Assembly (NCBI RefSeq): GCF_018350175.1
Contig: NC_058368.1
Location: 168,208,001-168,272,000 of the forward strand
Length of the DNA: 64,000 bases
DNA from: Felis catus
Lineage: Eukaryota
Direction: 5' to 3'
How positions within the stretch are numbered: the stretch's first letter is position 1; every line of letters begins with the position of its first letter. The translations under genes were made by a program, and so were the position numbers. Positions 28,590 through 41,885 of the stretch are shown here, in pieces. The notes under the pieces were generated by a model. It was given only the letters and a program-made list of their open reading frames with translations, was not told the DNA's origin and did no database searches.

Positions 28590-29540
28590 AAAACAAACTT
28601 TAGAGGCCAAAAAGGGAAAGGTGATAAATGTAACTTAAAAAAATAAAAACAAAATAAAAAACTTCTGCATGGTAAAAGTGCTACGGGCAAGGCTAAAGTG
28701 AAATGACAAACTGGGAAAAAAATATTTAGAACTCTAATCACATACAAGAAACTAATATCTTGAATAAATAACAACTGCCTAGGAATACATAAGAGAAAGA
28801 TCTGCAACTTGGTAGCAAAATGAGCCATGGATGAATAATCACAGAAAAAGAAATCCCAATGGTCTTTAAACATATGAAAAGATGCCCAAACAGACTTTTA
28901 AAGAGGGAAATACAAATCAAAACTAAGTAAGATACCATTTCTTGCCTATCAAAATGGCAAAAACCTAATGTACTGAAGACATACTATGGACAAGGCTGTG
29001 GGAAACAAGCACTCTAAATCCATTTCCACTACTTATAGGAATACAAAATGACACAACCCCCAGAAAAGAAAATCTGATAGTATCTACCAAAATCACAGGT
29101 GTCTGCACCCTCTGACCTAACAATCCCACTCTGAGAATCTCTTGACAAAGACACTTATATTTGTACAAAATAATGTATGTGTAACTAATCTGACAATTCT
29201 TGTAATAGCAAGAATGGATACACCCTAAGCATCTAAGAATCACATGCTGAATGAATTATGCTATCTCCAAATAATAAACGACTATATACTAGTTACAGAA
29301 GAGGAGAAAAAAATGAGTGATATGTTATGTAACTGTTATGAGAAACCTGTGAAATATAATACACATGGTAATTTAACATTTCTGTAACTAGCATACCTCC
29401 CTTTTTGTAAATACTAACTACTTTTTGTATAAAAAATATATAAGAATATAGGCTTCTACTTTCTCATATTTTCGTAAACACTGGTTACACATAGGGAGCA
29501 AGATTTCCTGGGGTATGTATTTTTAAAAATAATTTTATTT
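28590..29540 (+). mobile_element. Old L1M (L1ME-like) 3' fragment
   Basis: Motifs from the L1 ORF2 end and 3'UTR (aaacatatgaaaagatgc, gaaatacaaatcaaaac, gataccattt, caatcccactctgagaat). Confidence 0.75.
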
Positions 29541-29725
29541 TTGAAGCAGTAACCTTTTCAAAAAAGTGGTGACTTTGCCAAATATGAGTGGGAAAAACTA
29601 GGACTTTAGTTCTCTCAAATCATTTGTAATATTGCCATCAATTATTTAATACATGTTTCCAAACAGGATGATAAAGTAGCAAGTGCCATATCAATGCCTA
29701 TACTGTCATTAAAAATATTACTTGA

Positions 29726-29887
29726 GGGGATGCCTCGGTGGCTCAGTCCGTTAAGCAGTTCTTGACTAAGCTCAGGTCTTGATCTCAAGGTCATAAGTTC
29801 AAGCCCCGCACTAGGCTCCCTATTGGGTGTGGAGCCTATTTAATATGTGTATATTCTCACACACACACACACACACACACATAGAAT
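29726..29887 (+). mobile_element. Short CanSINE with (CA)n tail
   Basis: ggggatgcctcggtggctcagtccgttaag head; TSD aaaaatattacttg. Confidence 0.85.
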
Positions 29888-31784
29888 AAAAAATATTACT
29901 TGGGAACTTAATGTATGCAAGCCTGCTAAAAAAACAAAAAAACGAAACTCCAAAACCTTATTTAATGCCAATACAGCAAGACTAGTTTATAGCTAGAAAC
30001 AGTACTCTTTATTACGGAATGTGACCAATACTACTCAGTAACAAGTGATAGAAAAGGCCCACAGCTAACATCATATTCAATGGTGAAAGAGTAAAAGCTT
30101 TCCTTCTAAGATTAGGAACAAAGCAAGGATGCCCTTTTTTGCCATTTCTATTTAATATGGTACTGGAAGTCACAACCAGAGCAATTGGGTTTGGGGTAGG
30201 GGAGAAGCATCCAAATTGGAAAGCAAGAAGTAAAATTATCCCTGTTCATAGATTGTATGATCTTATATATAAAATAACCCGCAGAATACACCAAAAAAAC
30301 TTTTAAAGTTACAAGACATATAACCAACACACAAAAATCAGTTGTTATTTCTCTACACTAAAAATAAACAAATCAAGAAAATTAAGAAAACAATCCCACA
30401 TATAATAGCATCTAAAAGAATAAAGCATTTAGGAATAAACTTAACCAAGGAGGTCAAAGACCCATATAATGAAAACTACAAAATATTGCTAAAAGAAATT
30501 AAAGATATAAATAAATGGAAAGAAACCCCATGTTCATGGATTGAAAAATTCAATTATGTTAAAATGTCACTACCACCCAAAGTGATCTAGAGATTTAATA
30601 TATTCCCTGTAAAAATCCCAATGGCACTTTCTTCAGAAACAAACAAAAAATCTATCCTAAAGCATATATGGAATCTCAAGGAACCCTGAATAGTCAAAAC
30701 AATCTTGAAAAAGAACAAAGTTAAAGCTCTCACCCGTCCTCATTCCAAAATTTATTATAAAGCTACAGTAATCAAAAGTATGATACTGGCATAAAGACAG
30801 ACATACAGACAAACAGAATACAAAGCCCAGAAATAAATTCTCACATATGTAAGTTAAATGATTTTCACAACAAGGGTGGTAAGACCATTCAGTGGAGTAA
30901 ATCTCTTTAGCAAATGGTGCTGGGAAAATTGGACATCCGTGTGGAGAAAAAAAAAAAAAATGAAGCTGGACCCTTACTTTCACCATATACAAAAATTAAC
31001 TAAAATGGATCGAAGTCCTAAACACAGAACTAAAACTACAAAACTCCTTGAAAAAAAAACAAAAAATAAAAGCTTCATGACAGTGGATTTGGTAATAATT
31101 TTTTGGATATGACATCAAAAGCACAGAAAATAAAAGTAAAAACGGATGAACTGAACTCTATCAAAATTTAAAATGTCTGTGCGTTGGAGGATATAATCAA
31201 CAAAGTGAAAGGCAACCTATGGAATGGGACAAAATATATGTGAACCGTATTAATTTCTACTAAGGGGTTGTTAATATCCAGAATATATAAGGAACTCAAA
31301 GAACTCAACAACAGCAACAAAATGACCCAATTTAAAAATGGCAAAGGACTTAAATAGACATTTTTCCAAAGATATACAAGTGGCCAACAAGCACATGAAA
31401 AGATGCTTAACATCACTAATCATGAGAGAAATACAAATCAAAACCACAATAAGATGACATGTGACACCCATCAGGATGGCTACTACCAAAATAACCACCA
31501 AAACAACAGTTTTGGCAAGGATGCATAGAAACTGGAACTGTTTTGCAATGTTGGTGGAAATGAAAATGGTGTAGCTGCTGTGGAAAAGCAAATGGCAGTT
31601 CCTCAAAACATTAAAAATAAAATTTACCATATGATCCAGCAATTTCACTTCTGGTTATATACCCAAAAGAACTGAAAAGTAGGGGTCTTGAAAAGATATC
31701 TGTATACCCATATTCATATAAGCATTATTCACAATAACTAAAACATGGAGGCAACCCAAGTGTCATTTAAAAAACGAATGGATA

Positions 31785-32028
31785 GGGGCGCCTGGGTGGC
31801 TCAGTCGATTAAGCGTCCAACTTCAGCTCAGGTCATGATCTCACGGTCCATGAGTTCGAGCCCTGCGTCGGACTCTGGGCTGATGGCTCAGAGCCTGGAA
31901 CCTGCTTCCGATTCTGTGTCTTCCTCTCTCTCTGCCCCTCCCCCATTCATGCTCTGTCTCTCTCTGTCTCAAAAATAAATAAACGTTAAAAAAATAAAAT
32001 AAAAATAAAAATAAATAAAAAATAAAAA
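31785..32028 (+). mobile_element. CanSINE nested in L1
   Basis: Head, CT tract, A-rich tail; TSD-like aaaaa(c/t)gaa(t/c)ggata. Confidence 0.94.
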
Positions 32029-32348
32029 ATGAACGGATAAACAAAATCAAGTATATAAGACACTATTCATCCTTAAAAAGGAAAGAAATTCTATATGCTA
32101 CAATATGCACAAATTCTGTGAGGACATTATGGTAAGTGAAAGAAGCCAGTCACAAGAAGTCAACTATTGTATGACTCCATTCATATGAGGTACCTAGAGA
32201 AATCAAATTCATAGAGACAGAAAGTAGAATGACAGTTGCCAAAAACTTGCAGGAGAAGGAATAAACCTTGTTGTTTAGTTGGTATAAAGTCTCAGTTTTG
32301 CAAGATGAAAACAATTCTAGAGATTGGTTACACAATAACGTGCACAAA

Positions 32349-32557
32349 TTTTTTAAATAAATGTTTATTTATTTATTTTGAGAGACAGACTGTGAGCAGT
32401 GGAGGGACACAGAGAGAGAAAGAATCTCAAGCAGGCTCCATGCTGAAAGCAGAGCCTGAAGGGGTGGGGGGGTGAGGCTCGATCTCCTGACTGTGAGATC
32501 ATGACCTGAGCCAGTCAGGAGTCGGACACTTAATCTACTACGCCACCCAGGTGCTCC
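32349..32557 (-). mobile_element. CanSINE nested in L1 3'UTR
   Basis: Reverse-complement head ...cgccacccaggtgctcc; T-rich tail. Confidence 0.88.
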
Positions 32558-33499
32558 TCAATGTGAACGAATTTAACACCAGTAATCTGCATACTTAAAA
32601 ACGGTTAAGATGGCAAATTTCATGTTATATGTATTTTACCACAATTAAAAATAAAATAATTTTTGAAAAGAGATGAAAAATGAATATAAAGGTACTCCCT
32701 TCCCATGCAGTGTCACCATGAAATTCAGTCAAGGAGGAAAAGGAGTGATCCACCAAGAAACATCACCTCTATGATGTTCTTCCTTACAAAAGAAGCAGAA
32801 GGTATGAATCTTACCTCGAGGGAAAAACAATCCAGAGAGGCAAAAAAATAATGTTGAGAAATACTCAGCAAGATGATAGGCAAAAACCCGATCTTAAAAA
32901 TAAGTGAAAGGACCTAAGGAATAATTGAGATTTATTTCAGCAGGAGGAAAAGGGATAGTATTCCAGGAAGGAGTAGAATAAATGAAGATGAAAACTATGA
33001 AAAGTTAAAAAAAAAAAAAAAGAGAGAACTATTAAGATAACAGATTCTACCTTACCATGTATAATAGAGCTTTAACTGGTTCTTAAGGAAGTACCAGTGA
33101 GAGAGTAAATATCTTACTGATTTTTTTGGAATTGATTTAAAGGCAAACCTAACAAGCCTAACGAGATACTGCAATTCACACAAAAATAAAGGGGCTAGGA
33201 CTAAAGAGTTAGCAGTAGGACTGAAAAGCAAGGAAGCAATCAAAGGAAACAAGCCAGTCTAACAATGAGTGAAGTACAGAGGAAAGAAGAGAGTAAGACA
33301 TAAACAATGGCTAAAATATTTTAGTCTATCAGACCAAAATAATTCACTCAAAAATTACTTTAGAGCAACTATCACATTGCCCCACTCTTCTAGACAGAGA
33401 ATACATGAGTGAGTCAGACAGATGGGCTCCCTACTCCTACTGAGTTTACACCTTAGTGGAGCAGCATAATACACAATAATAAAGAAAAACAGCTGACAC

Positions 33500-34510
33500 T
33501 AAGCAAAGATTTTACACAAGACACAAAGCACTTACCACTGAGGAAAAAAAAGACAAATTTGACTTCATCAAAATTAAAATCCTCTGCTCTTCAAAAGAAA
33601 ATGAACGGAAATGAAAAGGAAAGACACAAAGTAAACACAGTGCATATATTTGACACAATAACCTGTATCCAAAACATATAAAAAACTCTTACAACTCAGC
33701 AAGACAATGAAATTTGTAAAATAAATAAATAGGCAAAATATTTGCACAGATACTTCACAAAAGAAAAGACAGGAATGGCTAATATGCACATAAAAAGGAG
33801 TTCAGTATCATTAGACATGAAGGGAAAAAATGTAAAACACAGTAAGGTACCATTACACACCCATTTAGAATTTCTAAAATTAGGAAGTCTGACATTACCA
33901 CTTGTTGATGAGGATATAGTCAAACAGAGCTACCAAACATTGTTGGAAACACACAACCACCTTGTTAAACTCTCTGGCAATTTCTCATAAGGTAAAATTT
34001 AAACAAACACTAAATATCCAACCCAGTTATATGAATCCTAGGCCTTTACCAAAGACAAATGAAAGCCTTTGTCCACTCAAAGAGTTATTCATGAATGTTC
34101 ATAGCAGCTTTATACATAACAGTTAAAAAATTGTAAATAGCCAGAGTACCTGGGTGGCTCATTCGATTAGCATCCAACTCTTAATTTTGGTTCAGGTCAT
34201 TATCTCACAGTTCATAAGATCGAGCCCCACATTGGGCTCCATGCTGACAGTGCAGAGTCTGCTTGTGTTTCTCTCTCTTTTCCCTCTGCCCCTCCCTCAA
34301 CCTCAGACATGCACACGCATGCACTCTCTCTCTCTCAAAATAAATAAACTTCAAGAAAATCATTTAAAAAAATTATAAATAATCAAAATGTCTGTTAATA
34401 GATGAGAAGATAAACAAATTGTTGCATGTTTACATTCTGTACCAAGCATCAAATTGAGTACAACATTCTCACCAATCAAAATGAATTAATGATGATATAC
34501 ACACAAAATA
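33500..34510 (+). mobile_element. Old L1M 3' fragment
   Basis: gacttcatcaaaattaaaa, tatgcacataaaaaggagttc, atgaatgttcatagcagcttta L1 motifs; interrupted by a SINE. Confidence 0.78.
34143..34372 (+). mobile_element. CanSINE (older)
   Basis: Diverged head, CT tract, tail. Confidence 0.85.
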
Positions 34511-34861
34511 TACTTAGGAATTGTTGTCAACCATCTTTGAACTACAAGTGGATTCAGATTTAGATGAAAGATGACAACAAAGCATAAAACTAAGAGTCCA
34601 AAAGAACCAGTTCTATAAATAAACTGTCAAAGACACTGAATCAAATCAACCCTAAAGTCTAACTACATCTACATAGTTATGAATACATGAATAAACTTAA
34701 TTGAGCAAGTTGAGTCAGGTTTTCTGTTACTTGCAATCAAATGAATTATAGATGATATGAGGTAGCTCATACTTAATGATTTCAATATTCCCCATTAAAA
34801 AGTAAGAGAATTTAACTTCTGAGAATGAGCATTCAAGACAAAAAAAAAATTATAGGAACAT

Positions 34862-35088
34862 GGGGTGCCTGGGTGACTCAGTTGGTTGATCGTCCCACTT
34901 CAGCTCAGGTCATGAGCCAGTTCTTGAGTTGGAGCCCCACATCGGGCTCTGCTATCAGCCCGTCAGCATAGAAACTGCTTTGGACCCTCTGTCCCCTTCT
35001 CCCTACCCCTCCCTGCCTTGTACTCTCCCAAAAATAAATAAGTAGTAAGTAAATAAACAAATAGATAAGAAAATGATAGAAAAAAAAA
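34862..35088 (+). mobile_element. CanSINE
   Basis: ggggtgcctgggtgactcag head; degraded tail. Confidence 0.85.
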
Positions 35089-35146
35089 TCAACCAGAATA
35101 ACCACTATACATAAGTTACTAGGAGTACAAAATATAAAACTAGTAA

Positions 35147-36394
35147 CCTTCTTACACCAAACACAAAAATAAATTCAAAATGAATGAAAGACCTAAATGT
35201 AAGACAGGAAACCATCAAAACCCTAGAGGAGAACACAGAGAGCAACTTCTTTGACCTCGACCAGCACGTTCTTATAAGACATATCTCCAGAGGCAAGGGA
35301 GACAAAAGCTAAAATGAATTATTGGGACTTCATCACAATAAAAAGCTTCTGCAAATTGAAGGAAACAATCAACAACACAAAAGACAACCTACAGAATGGG
35401 AGAAGATACTTGCAAATGGCATATAGGATAAAGGGTTAGTATCCAAAATCTATAAAGAACTTACCAATTCAATACCCCCCCCAAAAATAATAATCCAGCT
35501 AAGAAATGGGCAGAAGACACAAATAGATATTTTTCCAAAAAATATATACAGATGCCAAACAGACACATGAAAAGATCTCAACATCACTCATCATCAGGGA
35601 AATACAAATCCAAACCACAATGAGATACCACTCCAAACCTGTCAGAACGGCTAAAATTAACAAGAGAGGAAACAATAGATGTTGGCAGGGATGTGGAGAA
35701 AGGGGGACACTGATACAGTGTTGGTAGGAATGCAAACTGATTTAGCCGTGGTGGAAAACAGTATGGAGGTCCCTCAAAAAGTTAAATATAGAATTACACT
35801 ACAACTCAGCAATTGCACTACTAGCTATTTACCCAAAAGATACAAAATTTATTTTGAAGGGGCACATACACCCCAATGTTTACAGCAGCATTATCAATAA
35901 TAGCCAAGCTACTGAAAGAGCCCAAATGTCCATTCACTGACGACAGATAAAGAAGATGTGATATATATACAATGGAATATTACTCAGCTATCAAAAAGAA
36001 TACAATCTTGCCATTTGCAACAACTTGGATGGAACTGGAGTGCATTATACTAAGTGAAATAAGTCAATCAAAGAAAGCTAAGTACCACTGATTTCACTTA
36101 TATGTGGAATATAAGAAACAAAACAGATGAGCATAGGGGAAGGGGAAAAAAAGAGAGGGAAGCAAACCATAAGAGACTCTTAACTATAGCGAACAAACTG
36201 AAGGCTTGGAAGGGGAGTTGGATAGGGAACAACCTAAATGGGTGATGGGTACTAAGGAGGGCACTTGTGATGAGCATTGGGTGTTAAATGTATTGATGAA
36301 TCACTAAATTCTATTCCTGAAACCAATACTACACTATATGTTAACTAACTAGAATTTAAATTAAAACTTCAAAAAATATAAAAATTAAAACAAA
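35147..36394 (+). mobile_element. 5'-truncated carnivore-specific L1 (L1_Carn-type)
   Basis: ORF2 end and carnivore 3'UTR (aaaccataagagactcttaactatag, ggagggcacttgtgatgagcattggg); TSD aaaactagtaa at 35136-35146 and 36395-36405. Confidence 0.92.
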
Positions 36395-38423
36395 AAAACT
36401 AGTAAGAAGCATAGGTGGAGTTTTGAAAATATCAAGCAAACACTAGAGGTTAAAGATCACTCTTCCAGAAATTCACCACAAGATGAAAGGTTCACTGAAC
36501 TCTCTCAAATACATAAAGCAACCATCAGTTACTTCTCCCCCTTTCTAAGTTGCTAAAAAACAAAAGTGTTCACTATTAGCAAGCTCTAGCAATGACTTCC
36601 TTCCTAATTTCCTTTGGTCATGAAGAGAGAGAAGAGATATGGCAGTTGGGAAGTTAACAAGAAAAGAGGGGAAGCTATTATTTCATGATGCCAAGATGTT
36701 TTGTTGGACAATTTACATATATATATCTCAGTCCATTTAATTTTCTCAATGCCCAAAGTATATGATATCATCTCCAATTTATAAACAGAGAATCAAATCT
36801 CCAAAATATTTAAGTGCTTAAGAAGGAATCTATAACTTACAAACTGGTAATGCTAGAACTGGAATTTCTATCTGTCTGACACAAAAGCTACCTTTCTGCA
36901 AAACTCTTGATAAAACATCAAGAGGTCTGTCACAATGTCCGTTGGTCTGGCCCAAAGAAAAGGATCAGTTACTTTCCACAAAAAAAAATATGTTCCTTAA
37001 TGATATGACTAAGTATAGAGTATCAAATATTTTTTAAAGCACCTTGTTTATTCTAGTATCTCTGCCTCCAGGTGTTAAACTATTTGATGGTCTCAAAAAC
37101 ATTCCAGCAGATATGGTCACTATTTAAAAAAAAATAAAAACATGAGGAACGGAGATAAAGGACCATATGTAGAAAAGATATGCTTCTGGGTTTTACTAAA
37201 ATTATCAACAAAATATCATAAAAAGGCACATAGGAAGATATATTTTTCTAATTAAAACCACTGAAAGTTGTGGCTTTATCATTTGTTATAGGGGGAAAAA
37301 AGAAAAGAAGTGCCCAGCAAAAATGAAGTGCTGTAGAACAGAATATGTAGTATAATTTTTTTAAATAAAGACATATGTATACATATTGGTATATGCATTA
37401 AAAGTTGACTGAAAATAATCACCAGAAGGATTAGCAAAGTTTTTCACACTTTTCATTTTCTACTTTTCTATATTAGAATTTCATAACCATGCACATGTAT
37501 TTTTTTTACAATAGTAAGGGTTATTTAGGTCTATTTTCTTATATTTCCCAGTATTATGTAAAATCCTCCCAAATATTTTTTTTATTATGGTCAGCTTTTG
37601 ATGTATAACAACAGCTTGACAGATAAATTTCTGAAGGAAAAAGCTTACTGATCACTTAACATGAGACTACCACTTGAACATAAACTACCTGAGATAATAT
37701 TCTCATTCATGCTACAAATGAAAAAACCACCTCAGAAGCACTCACTCAAGGTTACTCAACTAAAGGATACAGGTAATATTTAAACCTGTATCTTCCTAAT
37801 TCAAGCTCCAAAGCGTTTCTCATTATACCACAACTGCCTATTCAAAGAATGTATTTTAAAGTTAAAATGTGCTTATGTAAGTACTTCTGTTTGTATTAAG
37901 ATCTATTCCTCCCCTTTCCAAAAAAGAATTGAGGCAATTCATGTAAATAAACCCTACAGGAAAAAAAAAGTAGAAGAAAACTGAGGCAAGGGAAATTAAG
38001 GGTTAAAATAAAAGTCACTTTACAATAAAACACGGAAGTTGTGAATGTTTTGTCCTAGATGAATTACTAACTTGTTTCTTGATATCTAAGATGCCCCACT
38101 AAAGCGTGAAAGGAAACCAAAATGTCCTTTATAAAATTCACAGTAATAAAATAATAAAGGAAAATAATTGCTCAGAAGTCTAGCTTTCCATAGTACTATG
38201 ACCAGAGGGAATATTTAGCTGAAAATTCTCATAAGGGAAGATTCTTTGTGATATAGTTAACAATGTCCCTTAAATATCCTAATAATAATTAAAATTCAGT
38301 TCAGCGGAATAATGCCAAAACTCAATTCATTATATTTAATTCTTTAAGTATTACAACCCATACACTACCCAAGTACTCCTATGGCTCAATGAAGCAAGTC
38401 TTTCTTTAAAAGTAAAACTTCTG

Positions 38424-38646
38424 GGGGCGCCTGGGTGGCGCAGTCGGTTAAGCATCCGACTTCAGCCAGGTCACGATCTCGCGGTCCGTGAGTTTGAGCC
38501 CCGCGTCAGGCTCTGGGCTGATGGCTCAGAGCCTGGAGCCTGTTTCCCATTCTGTGTCTCCCTCTCTCTCTGCCCCTCCCCCGTTCATGCTCTGTCTCTC
38601 TCTGTCCCAAAAATAAATAAACATTGAAAAAAAAAATTAAAAAAAA
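38424..38646 (+). mobile_element. CanSINE (SINEC_Fc-type), young
   Basis: Near-consensus with CpGs; TSD aaaagtaaaacttctg. Confidence 0.95.
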
Positions 38647-39478
38647 AAAAGTAAAACTTCTGATAAGCAGCTAATAGAAACTTCAATTTAAAAAAAAATT
38701 TTAAGTTAAAAAAAAGACCAAGTCATTATAATATCATGTTTTATGCTATTTAATAATATCTCCTTTAGTTTTAATTTTCAAAATATTTCATCTTAGTAAA
38801 GATGAAATAAGACATGAAATAACTTCAAGGTTATTATTATTAAGTTATTAGCAAATAAAATATTATCTACATTCCATAATTTTCAAATTCTTACTCTTAA
38901 AATGTAGTATTCAATATATGAAAGTTTAAGAGTCCAGGCTCTAGAGCAATGGCTTTGACAGGGGGTATTACTACGTTCTACATCAGGCTCTTTCATAGAT
39001 AAATACAAGATAGGAAGAAATTTCTCATAATCCTTAAAAGTTACTATAAAGTGAGTTGGCACACTAGACAAATGGGTCTAGAAACATGGTGCTGTATATG
39101 TAGTTAGTACTCAAGAAATGCTTAAAATGAATGAGTGAATGGTAAAATATTGGCCTTATAAAAAAAAAGTAATTGATCCATGTAGCTAATAACCATAAAG
39201 AAGCCAAGGAAAATTATTTTACACAATTATATCACCTGAAACTGCAGCATCACTTATTTCCACGTTTTCAATATCATTTACTAGAGCATACAATGTCACT
39301 CCACTCTCAATCTCTACCTCTAACCTTAGCTTCTATTCTCCCAAACCCTAAATCAATGTATTTAATGACCACTATAAACCATGTGATAACTTTTTAGATT
39401 AAATTAAGAAAAAACAAGGAACTATATCATTATATCTTTAGAAAACTATTTGACACTTTTAAAAAGCATGAAAGGGTA

Positions 39479-39660
39479 GGGTGCCTGGGTGGCTCAGTCG
39501 GTTAAGCATTCAGACTCTTGATTTAGGCTCAGGTCAGGATCTCAGGGATCGTGAGTCTGAGCCCCACGTGGGGCTCTGCACTGATAGTGTGAATCCTGCT
39601 TGGAATCTCTCTCTGCCCTCCCCCGCTCACGTTCTCTGATAAATAAACTTAAAAAAAAAA
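39479..39660 (+). mobile_element. CanSINE (older)
   Basis: Head and tail; TSD aaaaagcatg(a/c)aaggg. Confidence 0.9.
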
Positions 39661-40841
39661 AAGCATGCAAGGGAGTATTATTTTGCTTCTTCAGATGTAC
39701 CATACATTACAAAACAGCGAATAAAGCTCAATGGAATGAACTAAGTGTAGCTTCTCAAACTACAACCTACATACTTTCTGCCAATTGTATTTATCATTCA
39801 TAAGCGATCTCACCAAAATATATTTTGGAGAGAAAAGATGAACCAACATTCAATATGGACCTCTTGGACACCATAATAGAGCAAAAAAGCATAGTTCATC
39901 AGTATAAAGAAGGAAACAAAAAAATCTCCCTTTTAAATTCAAATTACATTAACTGAAATCACTTTACCAACTTTATTTTATAAATACATACATATACAAA
40001 TACATGTATGCTTGCATGCATACACACATATTTACACACACACAAAGGGATGTGCATGAGTTTTCCACTTAGATCAAAAGTCTCCTGCAAATGAAGACTG
40101 GTATAAAAATGTATATTCTACATTCTTGTAAATGTGATTGATCATAACTTGCTCAAGAGGAAAAAAAAATCTGTGCTAATCAAAGTTGAAATGTGCTAAT
40201 TTGATCTCCAGTAATATTAATTAGCTCAGTCAATATATTTGCAAATCATTAGCCATTCTGAATATTGACTATTCTTATGTATTATCAACTGTATTTCCAA
40301 AGGATTACCAAAAACATGAAGACAATATGAATATTGATTTTTATTTTACAAGGACTACAGTTAAAAAAATAGAAACTGGAGTAAAATCACCTGTAGTCAA
40401 GCAAATATGCTATTTGATTTGATTTCACCAAAACTTGTATACCAGACCAATACTGAATTACCAACCAATCTAATGAACTATGCTGAGAGAGGAAAACAAA
40501 AAACAAAAAAAACACTTTTCTGCAAATTAGTAGCTCTGAAATCATAGGAAGTCTTAAAAACCAACCTAAATATTTAATGTAGCTTTCTCTACACAACCCC
40601 ACCACCACCACCAAAAGCTGTTTTTAGATCAATTGTATATCTAGCAATCAAAGAAATTTAGCTCAATCATTTTATCCTTAGGAAAATGGCAATGGTTGTA
40701 TTTATTATATTACTAATGACACATTAAACTAAGTAAAACATAAAGGTCATTTGGTAAGCTTAAAATCCACTTACTTCCATACCAAACTGGTAATTATTTA
40801 GCTATTCCTGATCAACTATTTCTATCACCAAAAAGAGGAAC

Positions 40842-40908
40842 TTTTCTTTTTTTTTTTTTTAATGTTTATTCATTTTTGAGAAAGAGACACAGAGCATGAG
40901 CAGGGAGG

Positions 40909-40948
<40 letters not shown>

Positions 40949-41077
40949 CTGAAGCAGGCTCCAGGCTCTGAGCTGTCAACAGAGAGCCCGACGCAGGACT
41001 CCAACTCACAAGCCGTGAAACGATGACCCGAGCCGAAGTTGGAGGCTTACCCACAACTGAGCCACTCAGGAGCCCCC
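40842..41077 (-). mobile_element. CanSINE with expanded (GA)n
   Basis: Reverse-complement SINE; TSD aaagaggaa. Confidence 0.92.
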
Positions 41078-41302
41078 AAAGAGGAATTTTTCTAAACTGT
41101 ACACCAAGTCATAGAAATTGCTACAATTGTTATAAACCAAAACTGAGAAAGAAAAGGCTTCATCCTCTATATTTATAATTTATAAATGGAAGATTCAAAT
41201 TGCAAGGGACCAACATACAGATACTGTACAATCAAAAGATCTAAAATGAAAACACAGCAGAGACTCTCACAAATTAGATTTACTTTAAATAGTATCAAGT
41301 TT

Positions 41303-41529
41303 GGGGCGCCTGGGTGGCGCAGTCGGTTAAGCGTCCGACTTCAGCCAGGTCACGATCTCGCGGTCCGTGAGTTCGAGCCCCGCGTGGGGCTCTGGGCTGA
41401 TGGCTCAGAGCCTGGAGCCTGTTTCCGATTCTGTGTCTCCCTCTCTCTCTGCCCCTCCCCCGTTCATGCTCTGTCTCTCTCTGTCCCAAAAATAAATAAA
41501 CGTTGAAAAAAAAATTAAAAAAAAATAAA
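41303..41529 (+). mobile_element. CanSINE (SINEC_Fc-type), young
   Basis: Almost identical to the copy at 58-290; TSD taaatagtatc(a/g)agttt. Confidence 0.95.
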
Positions 41530-41678
41530 TAAATAGTATCGAGTTTAAGTTCAGAAATATTTCCTTATATTAATTGACTAAAGTACATTACTTTTAAATA
41601 ATGCATTGAAATATCTGAGAAAGTACTGTTTTTACCAGTTCAACAGCCCCTTTAGAAATGTACTTAAAAAAAAAAGTA

Positions 41679-41885
41679 GGGGCACCCTGGTGGCTCAGTT
41701 ATTAAGCATCCAACTTTGGCTCAGGTCATGATGTCCCGGTACGAGAGTTCGAGTCCCACATCAGGCTCTGTGCTGCCAGCTCAGAGCCTGGAGTCTGCTT
41801 CAGATTGTGTGTCTCCCTCTCTCTCTGACCCTCCCCCATTCACACTGTCTCTATCTCAAAAATAAATAAATATTTTTAAAAATGA
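41679..41885 (+). mobile_element. CanSINE
   Basis: Head, CT tract, tail. Confidence 0.9.

Larger units (their letters stand above)
30050..32665 (+). mobile_element. 5'-truncated L1MA/L1MB-type element (ORF2 C-terminus and 3'UTR) with two nested CanSINEs
   Basis: ORF remnants [16 protein letters not shown]...PCSWI and LFSKWCWENW are L1 ORF2; 3'UTR ends gtattttaccacaattaaaaataaaat. Confidence 0.92.

Noticed and set aside
30148..35900. Multiple 60-125 aa ORFs
   Set aside because: Sense and antisense fragments of decayed L1 ORF2/3'UTR and SINEs.
38424..38500. tRNA-like sequence with A and B boxes
   Set aside because: tRNA-derived head of a CanSINE, not a tRNA gene; the same applies to all SINE heads.
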